Assembly (NCBI GenBank): GCA_964543275.1
Contig: CAZIWW010000002.1
Coordinates: forward strand, 1-47,637
Direction: 5' to 3'
DNA from: an uncultured Bdellovibrionales bacterium
GTDB lineage: Bacteria > Patescibacteriota > Minisyncoccia > Moranbacterales > UBA11712
Length of the DNA stretch: 47,637 nucleotides
Shown here: one piece after another, positions 33,772 to 43,766 of the stretch
Numbering within the stretch: the stretch's first letter is position 1
How the letters are laid out: the number at the start of each line of letters is the position of its first letter
Made by a program: the position numbers and the translations under genes
Notes under the pieces: model-generated
What the model saw: only the letters and a program-made list of their open reading frames with translations
What the model was told of the DNA's origin: nothing
Databases searched by the model: none

Positions 33772-33808
33772 CCGCCCGCAATATCGCCGCGTAGCGATTG
33801 CGTGCAGG
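33772..33808. repeat. 37-nt GC-rich hairpin element CCGCCCGCAATATCGCCGCGTAGCGATTGCGTGCAGG
   Basis: ATCGC/GCGAT and CGCA/TGCG stems. On the opposite strand it starts CCTGCACGC and ends GCGGGCGG, resembling the termini of the 63-nt element at 12494-12556. Confidence 0.5.
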
Positions 33809-33839
33809 TATTAATTAACAGATCAGCGTCATATCCATT

Positions 33840-34787
33840 ATGAAAATTTTAGTCACCGGAGGAGCTGGTTTTATCGGCTCCAACTTAACCGACGCGCTTA
33901 TTAAGCAAAAACATCGTGTCTCCATCATCGACAACTTAAGCACCGGAGTGAAAGAAAACCTCAACCCCAAAACCAAGTTTTACCGAGCCGACATCACTCG
34001 CTTCGGACAAATAGAAAACATAATAAAAAAAGAGAGACCTCAAGTTATCTTTCACTTAGCCGCTCAAATCGACGTTAGAAAATCAGTCGAGAATCCCGTC
34101 TTCGACGCTAAGACTAACATTCTCTCCAGCATTAATCTTATAAAGCTAGCCTGCGAAAACAAAGTAAAGAAGTTTATTTTTGCTTCAACCGGAGGAGCCA
34201 TCTATGGCGACACCAGTAATCGCCCCACTCCGGAAACTTGCTCCGAGTGGCCGCTTTCGCCTTACGGTATTGCCAAACTCGCTATAGATAAGTTCCTGTA
34301 TTATTATCATCAGGTGCACGAGCTTAATTTCGCGTCATTGCGCTACGGCAATGTCTACGGCCCTCGTCAAAACCCATACGGCGAAGCTGGCGTGGTAGCC
34401 ATTTTTCTTAATAGGATGCTCAATAACAAACAGCCGATTATTAACGGCGACGGGAAGCAAACAAGAGATTATGTCTATGTTGAAGATGTGGTAGAAAGCA
34501 ACCTACTGGCTCTTAAGCATTTCAAAAAGTCAGGAATTTATAATGTCGGGACTTCCAAAGAAACCAGCGTCAACCAAATCTTCGCCGAAATTAACAAGCA
34601 TTTTGGAAACAAGTTTAAAGAAGTTCACGGTCCTGCTAAACCAGGGGAGCAAAAAACCAGCTGCTTGGAGTTCGCCAAAATTAAAAAAGATCTCGGCTGG
34701 AAACCAAGGATAAAATTAAATCAAGGCATTAAGAAAACTTTCAAGTGGTTTGAAGTCGGCACAAAAATCAAAAAAGACACTGGGTAA
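33840..34787 (+). CDS. galE: UDP-glucose 4-epimerase-type SDR
   Basis: GGAGFIGS Rossmann motif, YGIAKLAIDKF (YxxxK), 315 aa, extended-SDR layout. Confidence 0.8.
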   Translation: MKILVTGGAGFIGSNLTDALIKQKHRVSIIDNLSTGVKENLNPKTKFYRADITRFGQIENIIKKERPQVIFHLAAQIDVRKSVENPVFDAKTNILSSINLIKLACENKVKKFIFASTGGAIYGDTSNRPTPETCSEWPLSPYGIAKLAIDKFLYYYHQVHELNFASLRYGNVYGPRQNPYGEAGVVAIFLNRMLNNKQPIINGDGKQTRDYVYVEDVVESNLLALKHFKKSGIYNVGTSKETSVNQIFAEINKHFGNKFKEVHGPAKPGEQKTSCLEFAKIKKDLGWKPRIKLNQGIKKTFKWFEVGTKIKKDTG

Positions 34788-34813
34788 GATACCAAGCGAT
34801 TCCATGATAATTA

Positions 34814-34841
34814 ATACCAAATACAAAATACTAGATACACT
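34814..34841. repeat. four tandem heptamers ATACCAA ATACAAA ATACTAG ATACACT
   Basis: Read directly between the convergent galE and FN3-protein genes. Confidence 0.8.
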
Positions 34842-35532
34842 ACTTCATCGCCCAACCAAACACATCTCTTACCGCTCCAGCTAGAAGATCTAAAAGTGAA
34901 ACATTTGGTGCCCCGGTATAGAAAGCAAACTTATCGGAGCTTTTTTCGTTGCCCCACTCGTCTTTCACTCTAATCACATAGGTATAAGTTGTAGCGGCAT
35001 CCAACGAATTCAGCACAGCGCTGTGGCTGTAGCTATACTTATCCTCTTTTATTTTCTTACCCCCTTCTTCGCCACCTCTATAATATTCCACTTCGGAGAC
35101 AGTTGGCCGCTGGGTCTTCCAGGACACCAGCAATTTTATGTCTTCTTGGTCCTTAGTAGTAAGCAATTCACTCTTAATATCATAAATTTCCAACTCCAAT
35201 TGTTCCTCTCCGCTGGGCAAAAGAACGGCATCACCGCCGAAAGTCACCTGAACTATCCGATAGTTCTCGCTGGCATAACTCTCTTTGTTGAGAGTTTTCA
35301 GATTTTCCGTTTCCTCGGCCAGCACCAGTCCAGTCCGCCGACCTTGACTATCTTGGGAAGAATAAACTCTCCCTTTCGAATAATAAAAATACCGGCCAAT
35401 GAGATCGAAAATGATAAGAGTCGCGAACGTCACTGCCAAAACAAAACCACCTACGGCAAAAAAAGCTGAAACTTTTCTAAGAAAATTTTCTTGGCGACGC
35501 TTTTTACGCTTGTTGTTGATTGACATATTCAA
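34840..35532 (-). CDS. N-terminally anchored exported protein with FN3-like beta-sandwich
   Basis: Basic N-terminus plus one TM (FFAVGGFVLAVTFATLIIF); the C-terminal VSWKTQRPTVSEVEYY...TTYTYVIRVKDEWGN pattern resembles fibronectin-III / PAP-N domains; start is TTG 35532 or ATG 35526. Confidence 0.55.
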   Translation of the reverse strand: MNMSINNKRKKRRQENFLRKVSAFFAVGGFVLAVTFATLIIFDLIGRYFYYSKGRVYSSQDSQGRRTGLVLAEETENLKTLNKESYASENYRIVQVTFGGDAVLLPSGEEQLELEIYDIKSELLTTKDQEDIKLLVSWKTQRPTVSEVEYYRGGEEGGKKIKEDKYSYSHSAVLNSLDAATTYTYVIRVKDEWGNEKSSDKFAFYTGAPNVSLLDLLAGAVRDVFGWAMK

Positions 35533-35593
35533 GCAACTAGATAACTTTAGTTTATCGATCGCTGTTCATTAACCGTTATTCACTATTCACTAA

Positions 35594-36805
35594 CTACCTA
35601 TACTTCAACGCCTCCAGCGGATCAATTGAGCTGGCTCTTCTGGCGGGAATAATGCCCGTCATAAATCCCACAAATGTCGCAAAAATTAAAATCAGCAAAA
35701 TAAACCAGAATGGGTAATAAAATAAAGCTACCGGACTTCCTCCAAAATATTTGGCAACCAGATTGACGCCTAGATTAAACACCTTGCTGGTAGCCAACCC
35801 CAAAATAACGCCGGCCACTCCGCCGAAAAATCCCATAATAGTTGATTCGGAAATAAACAGCAGAAGAATATCGCTATTAGACGCCCCTACCGATTTCATA
35901 ATTCCGATCTCTTGCGTCCTTTCAAGCAAAGCGACCGTCATAGTATTAAACATCCCGATGGCGCTGACAACGAGCGCGATTACCCCGAAAAAAGCCAGAA
36001 TAATATTCACTATCTTGAATAGCTTATTCACTTCGTTCACCGTGTCTGACAAAGAAGAAACAGTCAGCCCCTTCGAAATAAGCCGACTCCTGGCTTGGTC
36101 AAGATAATCATTTGTTTCACATCTTACTTTTAGCCTAGCATATTCCGGCAAAGGCAAAAAAAGACTGCTTTTTAAACCATCCCTATGCGCAAAGAAGATC
36201 ATTTCCTCGTTTTCCGTAAAACCAATAATCTTAAATGTTCCATCAACATCCACCGATTCAAGTTTTTCCATTCCCTCCTCTTGTCCTCCGTCCTTGGGAA
36301 TAGAAATAGAGAAAGTAAGCTCTTTCCCCAGCATCGAGTCAGCTTCTTGATTGAAAACCTTAGCAAAAGAGGAAGAAATAACAATTCCTCTCTTGTTCTC
36401 ATCGCTTAACAATTCTCCTTGAGCAATTTTCATCCCGTCCAGTTTCAAAAAAGAAGGCTTTACAACCATCACCGTGGCGTCAGAAGCTACCTGGTTAAAT
36501 TTTACTTTAGCCTTCAGTTTATAAGCCGGACTTACTTCTCTTACCCCTTCAAGCTTGCCCAGCTCATCTACTAGATCAGGTGTAAGTTTGACATCTTCCG
36601 ACTTGTTGGGAGTTACATCAAGGGAGAGAAGCGAATCGGATGTGGTAATGGTCTCCAGCAGAACTTTCTGCAGGCCGTATCCCAGAGAAACTAAAAAAAG
36701 TATAGCCCCAATGCCAATGCCCATGCCTAAAATGGTGAGTAAGGTCCTTGAGGTTCTTGCTTTAAACATTCTGGTTGAAAGTTTGAAAAGATCGCGAGCT
36801 TTCAT
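35594..36805 (-). CDS. ABC transporter permease, FtsX/MacB type
   Basis: 403 aa; TM1, an extracytoplasmic loop of about 230 aa, then three C-terminal TMs with the EIGIMKSVGAS motif. Confidence 0.85.
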   Translation of the reverse strand: MKARDLFKLSTRMFKARTSRTLLTILGMGIGIGAILFLVSLGYGLQKVLLETITTSDSLLSLDVTPNKSEDVKLTPDLVDELGKLEGVREVSPAYKLKAKVKFNQVASDATVMVVKPSFLKLDGMKIAQGELLSDENKRGIVISSSFAKVFNQEADSMLGKELTFSISIPKDGGQEEGMEKLESVDVDGTFKIIGFTENEEMIFFAHRDGLKSSLFLPLPEYARLKVRCETNDYLDQARSRLISKGLTVSSLSDTVNEVNKLFKIVNIILAFFGVIALVVSAIGMFNTMTVALLERTQEIGIMKSVGASNSDILLLFISESTIMGFFGGVAGVILGLATSKVFNLGVNLVAKYFGGSPVALFYYPFWFILLILIFATFVGFMTGIIPARRASSIDPLEALKYR

Positions 36806-36938
36806 TTTAAAAAAGTTATTCTTTTAGAATCATATTATACTTAAGGTCTAGCGCAGGACGCGCAATCTTTGTAATTAAACGAACGGTTTCAACTGATACA
36901 GGTCATTGTTCATTAATCACTATCCAATTGTTGCTGTC

Positions 36939-38264
36939 TTAAACCGAAAATCTAACCAACAGCAACATTTCCAATTCCTTGGCAATTTTATCAGCGGTTC
37001 TTCTGTCTAATCCCATTCCCCTGTCCTTAACGGGCCTGTCCATACTCTTGAGAAATTCAACTACCGAAAGTTTATTCTCTAATCGCAGTTTTATCAATTG
37101 AATCAATTTAATTTGTTCAGCTTCGGTAAATTCTAATTCAAAAGTTTTCGCAATATACTCGCTAATTTCTTCCGCCGTTTTATCAACTTTAGAAAAATCT
37201 ATTTTCGCGGCTTGCCTTAAAATTCTGCCAACATTTTTCACCAACCGCCTAACATTTCTTCTATCCCAACCTGCTCCGCCTTTTTCTATATCCAGGTCAA
37301 GCTGCCTTTCAAAGTTTTCCAGCGATAAACGTCCGCTCACCACATCCTGGAGTTTTTTTCTAGCAATCTCCAACTGCTCCGCCGACACATTAAAAAACAC
37401 ATGTGACAAAAGCTGTTGGGCTTTAAAAGGAACTAGAAGCATTCCTAACTGCGAGGGTGAAAAATTTCGAAATGACCTCATCAGCATTTTCACTTCGGGC
37501 GCGATATATTCTTTTTTGACTACCTCCTCATCTTCGCCTTTTAATACCGCCGTCTTCCTCTCTACAACTTCCTCCGTCTTTACAATTTTCCCATCCCTAA
37601 CATAAATAATTCTATCGCCGAAGGAAAGATATTCCGGATCATGGGTAACTAATATAATGGTTTTCTTGTCCCGCTCGTTCAACTCCCTTAATATATTCAT
37701 CACATTATAGGCCGCCTTGGAATCAAGATTTCCCGTTGGCTCATCAGCAATGATAATGTCAGGACTGTTTATAAGAGCTCGGGCGATAGCCACCCGCTGT
37801 TTTTGTCCTCCTGAAAGCTCGCTGGAAAACTTATTGGCCTGCTTTCCAATGCCAACTCGTTTTAGCAGTCTCATTCCAGCTTCTTTTCTTTTCCGCTCAT
37901 CCTCGCCGACAAAAACTTTAGGCAGGCACACATTGTCAATAATAGAAAGGGTGGGAATAAGATAAAAAGCCTGAAAAACCATCCCAATGGTCTTTCTATT
38001 AAACTCAACTTTTTGCTTCTCGGCTAAGGTGTTTATATCCTGATCATTTACGATCACAGTTCCGCTGGTCGGCTGCTGAAAACCTGCTATAGTATAAAGA
38101 AGAGTAGATTTGCCGCATCCGGAAGGGCCAAAAATAATCACATACTCTTTGGGATAAATCTTCAAGCTAACATTCTCAAGCACTCTAGCCTCGTTAGGCC
38201 GTCCTTGGTTGTAGATAACAGCTAGGTTTTTTACTTCGATGTTGGGTTTTCTGACAACAACCAT
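36939..38264 (-). CDS. ABC transporter ATP-binding protein (MacB/LolD-like) with 211-aa C-terminal extension
   Basis: Walker [10 protein letters not shown], signature LSGGQKQR, Walker B IIIADEPT and H-loop VTHD within aa 1-230; aa 231-441 are extra and contain a 37-aa internal repeat. Confidence 0.9.
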   Translation of the reverse strand: MVVVRKPNIEVKNLAVIYNQGRPNEARVLENVSLKIYPKEYVIIFGPSGCGKSTLLYTIAGFQQPTSGTVIVNDQDINTLAEKQKVEFNRKTIGMVFQAFYLIPTLSIIDNVCLPKVFVGEDERKRKEAGMRLLKRVGIGKQANKFSSELSGGQKQRVAIARALINSPDIIIADEPTGNLDSKAAYNVMNILRELNERDKKTIILVTHDPEYLSFGDRIIYVRDGKIVKTEEVVERKTAVLKGEDEEVVKKEYIAPEVKMLMRSFRNFSPSQLGMLLVPFKAQQLLSHVFFNVSAEQLEIARKKLQDVVSGRLSLENFERQLDLDIEKGGAGWDRRNVRRLVKNVGRILRQAAKIDFSKVDKTAEEISEYIAKTFELEFTEAEQIKLIQLIKLRLENKLSVVEFLKSMDRPVKDRGMGLDRRTADKIAKELEMLLLVRFSV

Positions 38265-38295
38265 TAAAATACAGATTAGACATTAATTTGACATT

Positions 38296-38304
38296 ATTAT
38301 ACCA
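38296..38304 (-). promoter_or_regulatory. candidate extended -10 element TGGTATAAT for the ABC operon
   Basis: Reverse complement of 38296-38304 is TGGTATAAT, 31 nt upstream of the ATG at 38264; consensus match only. Confidence 0.3.
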
Positions 38305-38402
38305 CAGTTTAACAAAAGACAAATTGCCAAGACTGTGATAGAATTAAAATAGCGCAAGATTTAATTTTGCTTTAGTCTTTTACTAAAGATTACAAAAAGT
38401 AT

Positions 38403-39095
38403 ATGCATAAACTATCCATTGTTATTCCAGTTTTTAATGAAAAAAACAATATTCTAAAAATTTTAGATAAAATTGAAAGAGTAAACCTAGGAGAAACTAA
38501 AAAAGAAATAATAATCGTAGACGATTTTTCCACCGACGGCACCAGAGAAATTCTAAAAAATTTAGAGAGTAAATATAAAATAATTTACCAAAGCAAGAAT
38601 TACGGAAAAGGCTACGCTCTTAGAATCGGCTTTAAGCAAGCAACCGGAGACTATATTATCGTTCAAGACGCCGATTTGGAATATGACCCAGAAGACTACA
38701 AGAAAATGATTAAAGCCGCGCTTGAGAATAACGCCGAGGCGGTCTACGGCTCGAGGAGACTCAATAAAAACAACAAACAGCATTCGGGACTGTCTTTTTA
38801 TTTGGGGGGCGTTTTAGTAACCTTCGTAACCAACCTGCTTTACGGCACAAATTTAACCGACGAGCCAACTTGCTATAAAATGTTTAAGAAGAGCCTTTTG
38901 GATAAGATAAATCTTAACTGTATGCGGTTTGAGTTCTGTCCGGAGATAACAGCCAAAGTAGCCAAAAGAGGTAAAAAAATAATAGAAGTGCCAATCAGTT
39001 ACTATCCAAGAAGCTCGAGTGAAGGAAAAAAAATTAAATGGCATGATGGAATGGAAGCGATGCTTACTTTAATAAAATATAAATTTAGAAATTAG
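38403..39095 (+). CDS. GT2 glycosyltransferase, DPM1/polyprenyl-phosphate sugar synthase-like (no TM)
   Basis: LSIVIPVFNE, VDDFSTDGT and QDADLEYDP motifs; 230 aa. Confidence 0.8.
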   Translation: MHKLSIVIPVFNEKNNILKILDKIERVNLGETKKEIIIVDDFSTDGTREILKNLESKYKIIYQSKNYGKGYALRIGFKQATGDYIIVQDADLEYDPEDYKKMIKAALENNAEAVYGSRRLNKNNKQHSGLSFYLGGVLVTFVTNLLYGTNLTDEPTCYKMFKKSLLDKINLNCMRFEFCPEITAKVAKRGKKIIEVPISYYPRSSSEGKKIKWHDGMEAMLTLIKYKFRN

Positions 39096-39117
39096 ATAAC
39101 AACCTAACAATTGTTTT

Positions 39118-41037
39118 ATGAAAAATAAAAACTTTTTTAAAGCCGCCTTAACGAATTGCAGAAAGCTTGTTTTTTTGTTTTACCCTTTCTCTAAAAGAAA
39201 AGAGAATATGTTTCTTGTTTTTGGATTATTCTTCGGACTGACGCTGGTTTTTTTAATTCCGCCTTTTCAGTCTCCCGACGAGCAGTCCCATTTTTTCCGA
39301 GCTTGGGAAATATCAGAAGGAAAATTGGTCAGCAATGACAAATGCACCCATAAAATACCTTCCAATTTTAATAAATTTTCAGCTAGCGTGGCCTTGGAAA
39401 AAATACCAGGACAAAAAGACAAAAAATACAACTTCTTCAAAAAATACAGGGAGGCCGACAAGTATAAGCCAAGTGACAAATATAAAGAAAAGGAGGGCTG
39501 TTCCTGCACTTACGCTCCCGTTTCGTATATCCCTCAAGTTCTAGCAATATTGCTGGGGAAGCTCTTCGGGTCTAGCTTTGTCAAAATTTATTATCTGGGA
39601 AGAATTTTCAACCTTCTGGGCTATTTAATCCTGGTTTATTTAGCCATAAGCATAGCGCCTTACTTTAAAAACATTTTTCTAATGCTGGGACTTGTCCCAA
39701 TGGCAATCAGCCAAGCAGCTTCCTTTAGCTCCGACGGAATGGTTATTGGGTTTTCTTTCCTGCTGATAGCCTACGGGATTTATTTAGCCTTCTCGCCGCG
39801 CGTTCCAAATATTACCTCCAAAAACATTGTTGTTTTTACTATATTATCAGTCATAGTAAGTTTAGCCAAAGTTGCTTACTTTTACTTATTTGCCGTTTTT
39901 CTCCTAGTCCCTTTCAAGAAGTTTTCTTCAAAGAAAAAATGGCTAACTAGCTTTTTAATCGTTGCTTTAGCCGGCATTTTATCTCTATCTATTTGGCTTT
40001 ATCTTAACAAGGACATTGAGGTGCCCATATACGCCACTTCTTCTGAAATTTGGAATCAACTAAATTTCATATTATCTCATCCGCTATCTTATTTATATAC
40101 TTTTTTACACTTCACTTTTATTTTTAACTTTGTCTTTTACTTACAGGGAATATATGGCATTCTTGGCATCTTAGACCATCCTCTCCCTCTTTACCTGGCA
40201 AGTTTTTATGTCCTATTTATCGTTATATTGTCTTTTAAGGACTTTGGTCAATTTAAAGAAAGCGTAAAGACAACTCAAAAGAAAGATCTGCTCTATTTCT
40301 TATTCTTAATCCTTCTCTTTATTGGCGGATTATTTATTGTATCCACTATTATTTATCTAACTTGGTCGTCCAAGCAAAAAATAGGTCTTCAAAAAATAGC
40401 GGGAATGCAGCCAAGGTATCTGCTCCCTATCGCTCCTTTTTTATTTATCGCTTTCTCTTTTTTAAGAAACTTTTTTAATAATCATACTAAAAAAATAATC
40501 ATATCTACATTAATCTTTTCCCTGTTGTCAACTGGCTACTTGACTTACAAAAAATACTATGCCAGAAAACTGCAAATAAAAATCACTCCTTTGTCTTCCC
40601 TAGAAAATAGCCAGAAAACCATTTCCCCTAATGACAACTTTGAACAAACCTTTTTATCCCCTCAGAAAAATCTTAACGGTGTCAGGCTTTTCTTGGAAAA
40701 TTATAAAGCGGATAAAAATGAATATTATAAATTCATTCTCAAGGACGCTGAATGCCAAACAACCATTAGAGAAATTAAAATAACTACCGCTCACGTAAAA
40801 AACAAAAAAGGAAATCTTCTATTAGATATAACTTTCAATCCCATAGAAGATTCTTTTAGTAGGAAATATTGTTTTTTAATTGCCCCAATGGAAAAGAAAA
40901 AATCAAACAATAAAGATTTGTTCACTTTAAAGTTAAGCCAGCCAAATTTATACAATGAAGGAGATTTATTTATTAACGGAAATAAAAATGAAGCAGATAT
41001 TGTCTTCAACTTACTCTACTACACTTTCCCGCTCTAA
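39118..41037 (+). CDS. polytopic membrane protein, DUF2142-like GT-C candidate
   Basis: 639 aa. The QSPDEQSHFFRAWE motif after TM1 matches my recollection of the PDExxH signature of DUF2142 proteins. It has about 12 spans plus a soluble C-terminal domain and starts 22 nt after the GT2 gene. Confidence 0.6.
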   Translation: MKNKNFFKAALTNCRKLVFLFYPFSKRKENMFLVFGLFFGLTLVFLIPPFQSPDEQSHFFRAWEISEGKLVSNDKCTHKIPSNFNKFSASVALEKIPGQKDKKYNFFKKYREADKYKPSDKYKEKEGCSCTYAPVSYIPQVLAILLGKLFGSSFVKIYYLGRIFNLLGYLILVYLAISIAPYFKNIFLMLGLVPMAISQAASFSSDGMVIGFSFLLIAYGIYLAFSPRVPNITSKNIVVFTILSVIVSLAKVAYFYLFAVFLLVPFKKFSSKKKWLTSFLIVALAGILSLSIWLYLNKDIEVPIYATSSEIWNQLNFILSHPLSYLYTFLHFTFIFNFVFYLQGIYGILGILDHPLPLYLASFYVLFIVILSFKDFGQFKESVKTTQKKDLLYFLFLILLFIGGLFIVSTIIYLTWSSKQKIGLQKIAGMQPRYLLPIAPFLFIAFSFLRNFFNNHTKKIIISTLIFSLLSTGYLTYKKYYARKLQIKITPLSSLENSQKTISPNDNFEQTFLSPQKNLNGVRLFLENYKADKNEYYKFILKDAECQTTIREIKITTAHVKNKKGNLLLDITFNPIEDSFSRKYCFLIAPMEKKKSNNKDLFTLKLSQPNLYNEGDLFINGNKNEADIVFNLLYYTFPL

Positions 41038-41086
41038 TAAATTTCGGTTTCGCGTTAGCCTAAACAGATAAATAATCTCTAAAGTT

Positions 41087-42025
41087 ATGAAAATTCTAAT
41101 CACCGGAGGAGCGGGATTTATCGGATCCCATCTCTGTAAAAAACTATTAAATGACGGACACGAGATTTTATGCGTTGACAACTTATTGACCGGAAGCAGA
41201 GATAATATTCAGAGCTTAATTGCCGATGAAAAATTTAAATTCACGGAGCATGACATTATTTCGCCTCTTGACACGGAAATAGACCAAATTTACAACCTGG
41301 CCTGCCCCGCCTCGCCCATTCACTACCAAGCCGACCCAATTTTTACTCTTAAAACATCGGTTTACGGAACATTAAATATGCTGGAGCTGGCTAGGAAAAA
41401 CAAAGCCAAGATTCTTCACGCTTCCACTTCGGAAGTTTATGGAGATCCAGATCCTCGAGTCCACCCCCAACCGGAAAATTACTGGGGCAACGTTAACCCC
41501 ATCGGGCCAAGAGCCTGTTACGACGAGGGTAAAAGATGCGCCGAAACTTTTTGCTTTGATTATCAGCGAAAATATAATCTGCCTATCAGAGTAGCCAGAA
41601 TTTTTAACACTTACGGCCCCAAGATGCATCCTAACGATGGCCGAGTAGTTTCTAATTTTATCACGCAGGCTTTGCAAAACAAAGACCTAACCGTTTACGG
41701 CGACGGTTCGCAAACCAGAAGTTTCCAATATATCGACGATCTCGTAGAAGGAATAATAGGAATGATGGAGAATAAAAAAGATTTTGCCGGACCGGTCAAT
41801 CTAGGCAACCCCGAAGAATTTACTATTAAAGAACTGGCGGAAAAAGTCTTAGAGATGATCCCCGAAAGTAAAAGCAAAATCGCTTACCGACCTTTGCCAC
41901 AAGACGACCCGAAACAAAGAAAGCCAGACATAACCCTGGCCAAAGAAAAACTCAACTGGGCGCCGAAAGTTGAATTAGACGAGGGATTAAAGAAGACAAT
42001 TGAGTATTTTAGAAAAGTTATATAA
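41087..42025 (+). CDS. uxs: UDP-glucuronate decarboxylase (UDP-xylose synthase)
   Basis: [39 protein letters not shown]...[28 protein letters not shown] and GDGSQTRSF are hallmark UXS-type SDR segments. Confidence 0.9.
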   Translation: MKILITGGAGFIGSHLCKKLLNDGHEILCVDNLLTGSRDNIQSLIADEKFKFTEHDIISPLDTEIDQIYNLACPASPIHYQADPIFTLKTSVYGTLNMLELARKNKAKILHASTSEVYGDPDPRVHPQPENYWGNVNPIGPRACYDEGKRCAETFCFDYQRKYNLPIRVARIFNTYGPKMHPNDGRVVSNFITQALQNKDLTVYGDGSQTRSFQYIDDLVEGIIGMMENKKDFAGPVNLGNPEEFTIKELAEKVLEMIPESKSKIAYRPLPQDDPKQRKPDITLAKEKLNWAPKVELDEGLKKTIEYFRKVI

Positions 42026-42033
42026 AATGATTA

Positions 42034-42061
42034 GTCTGGTGAAGCCAGACACTAAATTTTT
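42034..42061 (+). terminator. candidate intrinsic terminator after uxs
   Basis: GTCTGG-TGAAG-CCAGAC hairpin (42034-42050) followed by ACTAAATTTTT, 9 nt after the stop. Confidence 0.4.
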
Positions 42062-42085
42062 GATATTTGATATTTGATTTTTGAT
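42058..42085. repeat. four tandem heptamers TTTTGAT ATTTGAT ATTTGAT TTTTGAT
   Basis: Read directly between the convergent uxs and ugd genes. Confidence 0.85.
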
Positions 42086-42091
42086 TTGTTA

Positions 42092-43402
42092 TTACGGCCT
42101 TCCCATGCTGGCGTATTCAAATCCAAGCTTTCTCATTTCGTCAGGATTATAAATATTTCTTCCGTCAACGATTTTAGCCGTCTGCATTTTCTCTTTAACC
42201 CTAGCCATATCAGCTTTTTTAAATTCATCCCATTCAGTGACAATCAGAAGTATCTCCGCCCCATCCACGGCTTCATACATACCTGGACAATGTTTAACTT
42301 TGTCTCCGAATATTTTTTCAACGCTAGCCACCGGATCATAAACTCTAACTCGGGCTTCTTCTTCAAGAAGCCAGTTGATAATATCAATTGAAGGAGCTTC
42401 GCGAATGTCGTCGGTGTTCGGCTTAAACGCCAAACCCCAGACGGCCACCTTTCTGCCCTTAAGCGTAAACAAGGAAGTCATAGCTTCCACTTTTTTACAG
42501 AACCATCTTCTTTGCCTCTTGTTAATCTCAATTACCGAATCGAATAGAGAAGTATCAAGTCGATGATATTCGGCGATTGAGCGAATGCTCTTAGTATCCT
42601 TTGGAAAACAGGAACCGCCGTAGCCGATGCCGGCTTTTAGGAAGTCGGGGCCGATTCTTCTATCCATTCCCACCCCGCGCATAACCGTCTCAATGTCCGC
42701 GCCGGTCATATCGCATATCCTGGAAAGCATATTGGTGGCCGAGACGCGAAGAGCCAGCATAAAATTAGCCGCCAGTTTTATCATTTCGGCGCTTTTAGCA
42801 TCCGTGACAATTTTTGGACAGTCTATCTTCTCATACAGCCTCAAAAGCATCCGTTGAGCTCTTCTGTCGCCGCCAATGATAATCCTATCCGGGTTCATAA
42901 AATCCGAAACGGCGCTTCCCTCCCGCAAGGTTTCGGGATTCGATCCAATGCGGAATTTCGTTTTGCGGTTATACAATCCCAGCGATTCTTTGATTTGATC
43001 AGCCGTCCCGATTGGCACGGTTGATTTGCCAATGACAATAAATTCGTCTTTATTCACGTTCTGGGCAATATGCCTGGCTGTTTCCGATATGTAAAACAAA
43101 TCAGCTTTGCCGTCCTTTTCCCGCTCCGGAGTCCCTACGGCGATAATAGCCGCGTCGAATTCATTTATTTTTTCATCTATACCCACCTGAAAATCCAGTC
43201 TCCCGGATTCCAAATTCTTCTTCAAGAGTTCTTCCAGCCCCGGTTCGTAAATCGGACTTTTCCCCCGTCGAAGCTTTTTAATCTTCTCACGGTTTATGTC
43301 AACTCCGCAAACACTATGTCCTAATTCCGCCAAACAGGCCGATGTGACCAAACCGACATAGCCCACTCCAACCACAAAAATTCTCACTTCATTGTTCTTC
43401 AT
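42092..43402 (-). CDS. ugd: UDP-glucose 6-dehydrogenase
   Basis: VGVGYVGLVTSACLAELGH N-terminal Rossmann motif, GKSPIYEPGL, catalytic GGSCFPKD, 436 aa. Confidence 0.9.
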   Translation of the reverse strand: MKNNEVRIFVVGVGYVGLVTSACLAELGHSVCGVDINREKIKKLRRGKSPIYEPGLEELLKKNLESGRLDFQVGIDEKINEFDAAIIAVGTPEREKDGKADLFYISETARHIAQNVNKDEFIVIGKSTVPIGTADQIKESLGLYNRKTKFRIGSNPETLREGSAVSDFMNPDRIIIGGDRRAQRMLLRLYEKIDCPKIVTDAKSAEMIKLAANFMLALRVSATNMLSRICDMTGADIETVMRGVGMDRRIGPDFLKAGIGYGGSCFPKDTKSIRSIAEYHRLDTSLFDSVIEINKRQRRWFCKKVEAMTSLFTLKGRKVAVWGLAFKPNTDDIREAPSIDIINWLLEEEARVRVYDPVASVEKIFGDKVKHCPGMYEAVDGAEILLIVTEWDEFKKADMARVKEKMQTAKIVDGRNIYNPDEMRKLGFEYASMGRP

Positions 43403-43406
43403 TTCA

Positions 43407-43766
43407 TTAATGGTTATCTTCTAGTTTAGAATTATTATCCTCTTTCCTTATCTCATAAATCCCCATAATCACCGTCATTGCCAGAAAATAATAAGCGTAT
43501 ATGGCGAATTCCTCGGCTTTATCTTTCTTATCCAATATAAGCAGGAACGGCGTTATGGATAAAAAGAGCAAAGCCGGATAAGCCAAGTAACGACTTGGAA
43601 TTGGATTAATAATAATCCAGATGAAAATGGCGAAAATCACCGCGTTAATGGTGTCCCAACCTAAATAAATTCCCATCACAAAAGACAAAATGACAATCCC
43701 GATGTCAATATTTTTTCTGTTCAGCGCGTCTTTAATATTAAATCTCTCTATTTTTTCTTCCGGCAT
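43407..43766 (-). CDS. small four-TM membrane protein
   Basis: 119 aa with four hydrophobic spans; overlaps the upstream gene by 29 nt and ends 4 nt before ugd. Confidence 0.5.
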   Translation of the reverse strand: MPEEKIERFNIKDALNRKNIDIGIVILSFVMGIYLGWDTINAVIFAIFIWIIINPIPSRYLAYPALLFLSITPFLLILDKKDKAEEFAIYAYYFLAMTVIMGIYEIRKEDNNSKLEDNH

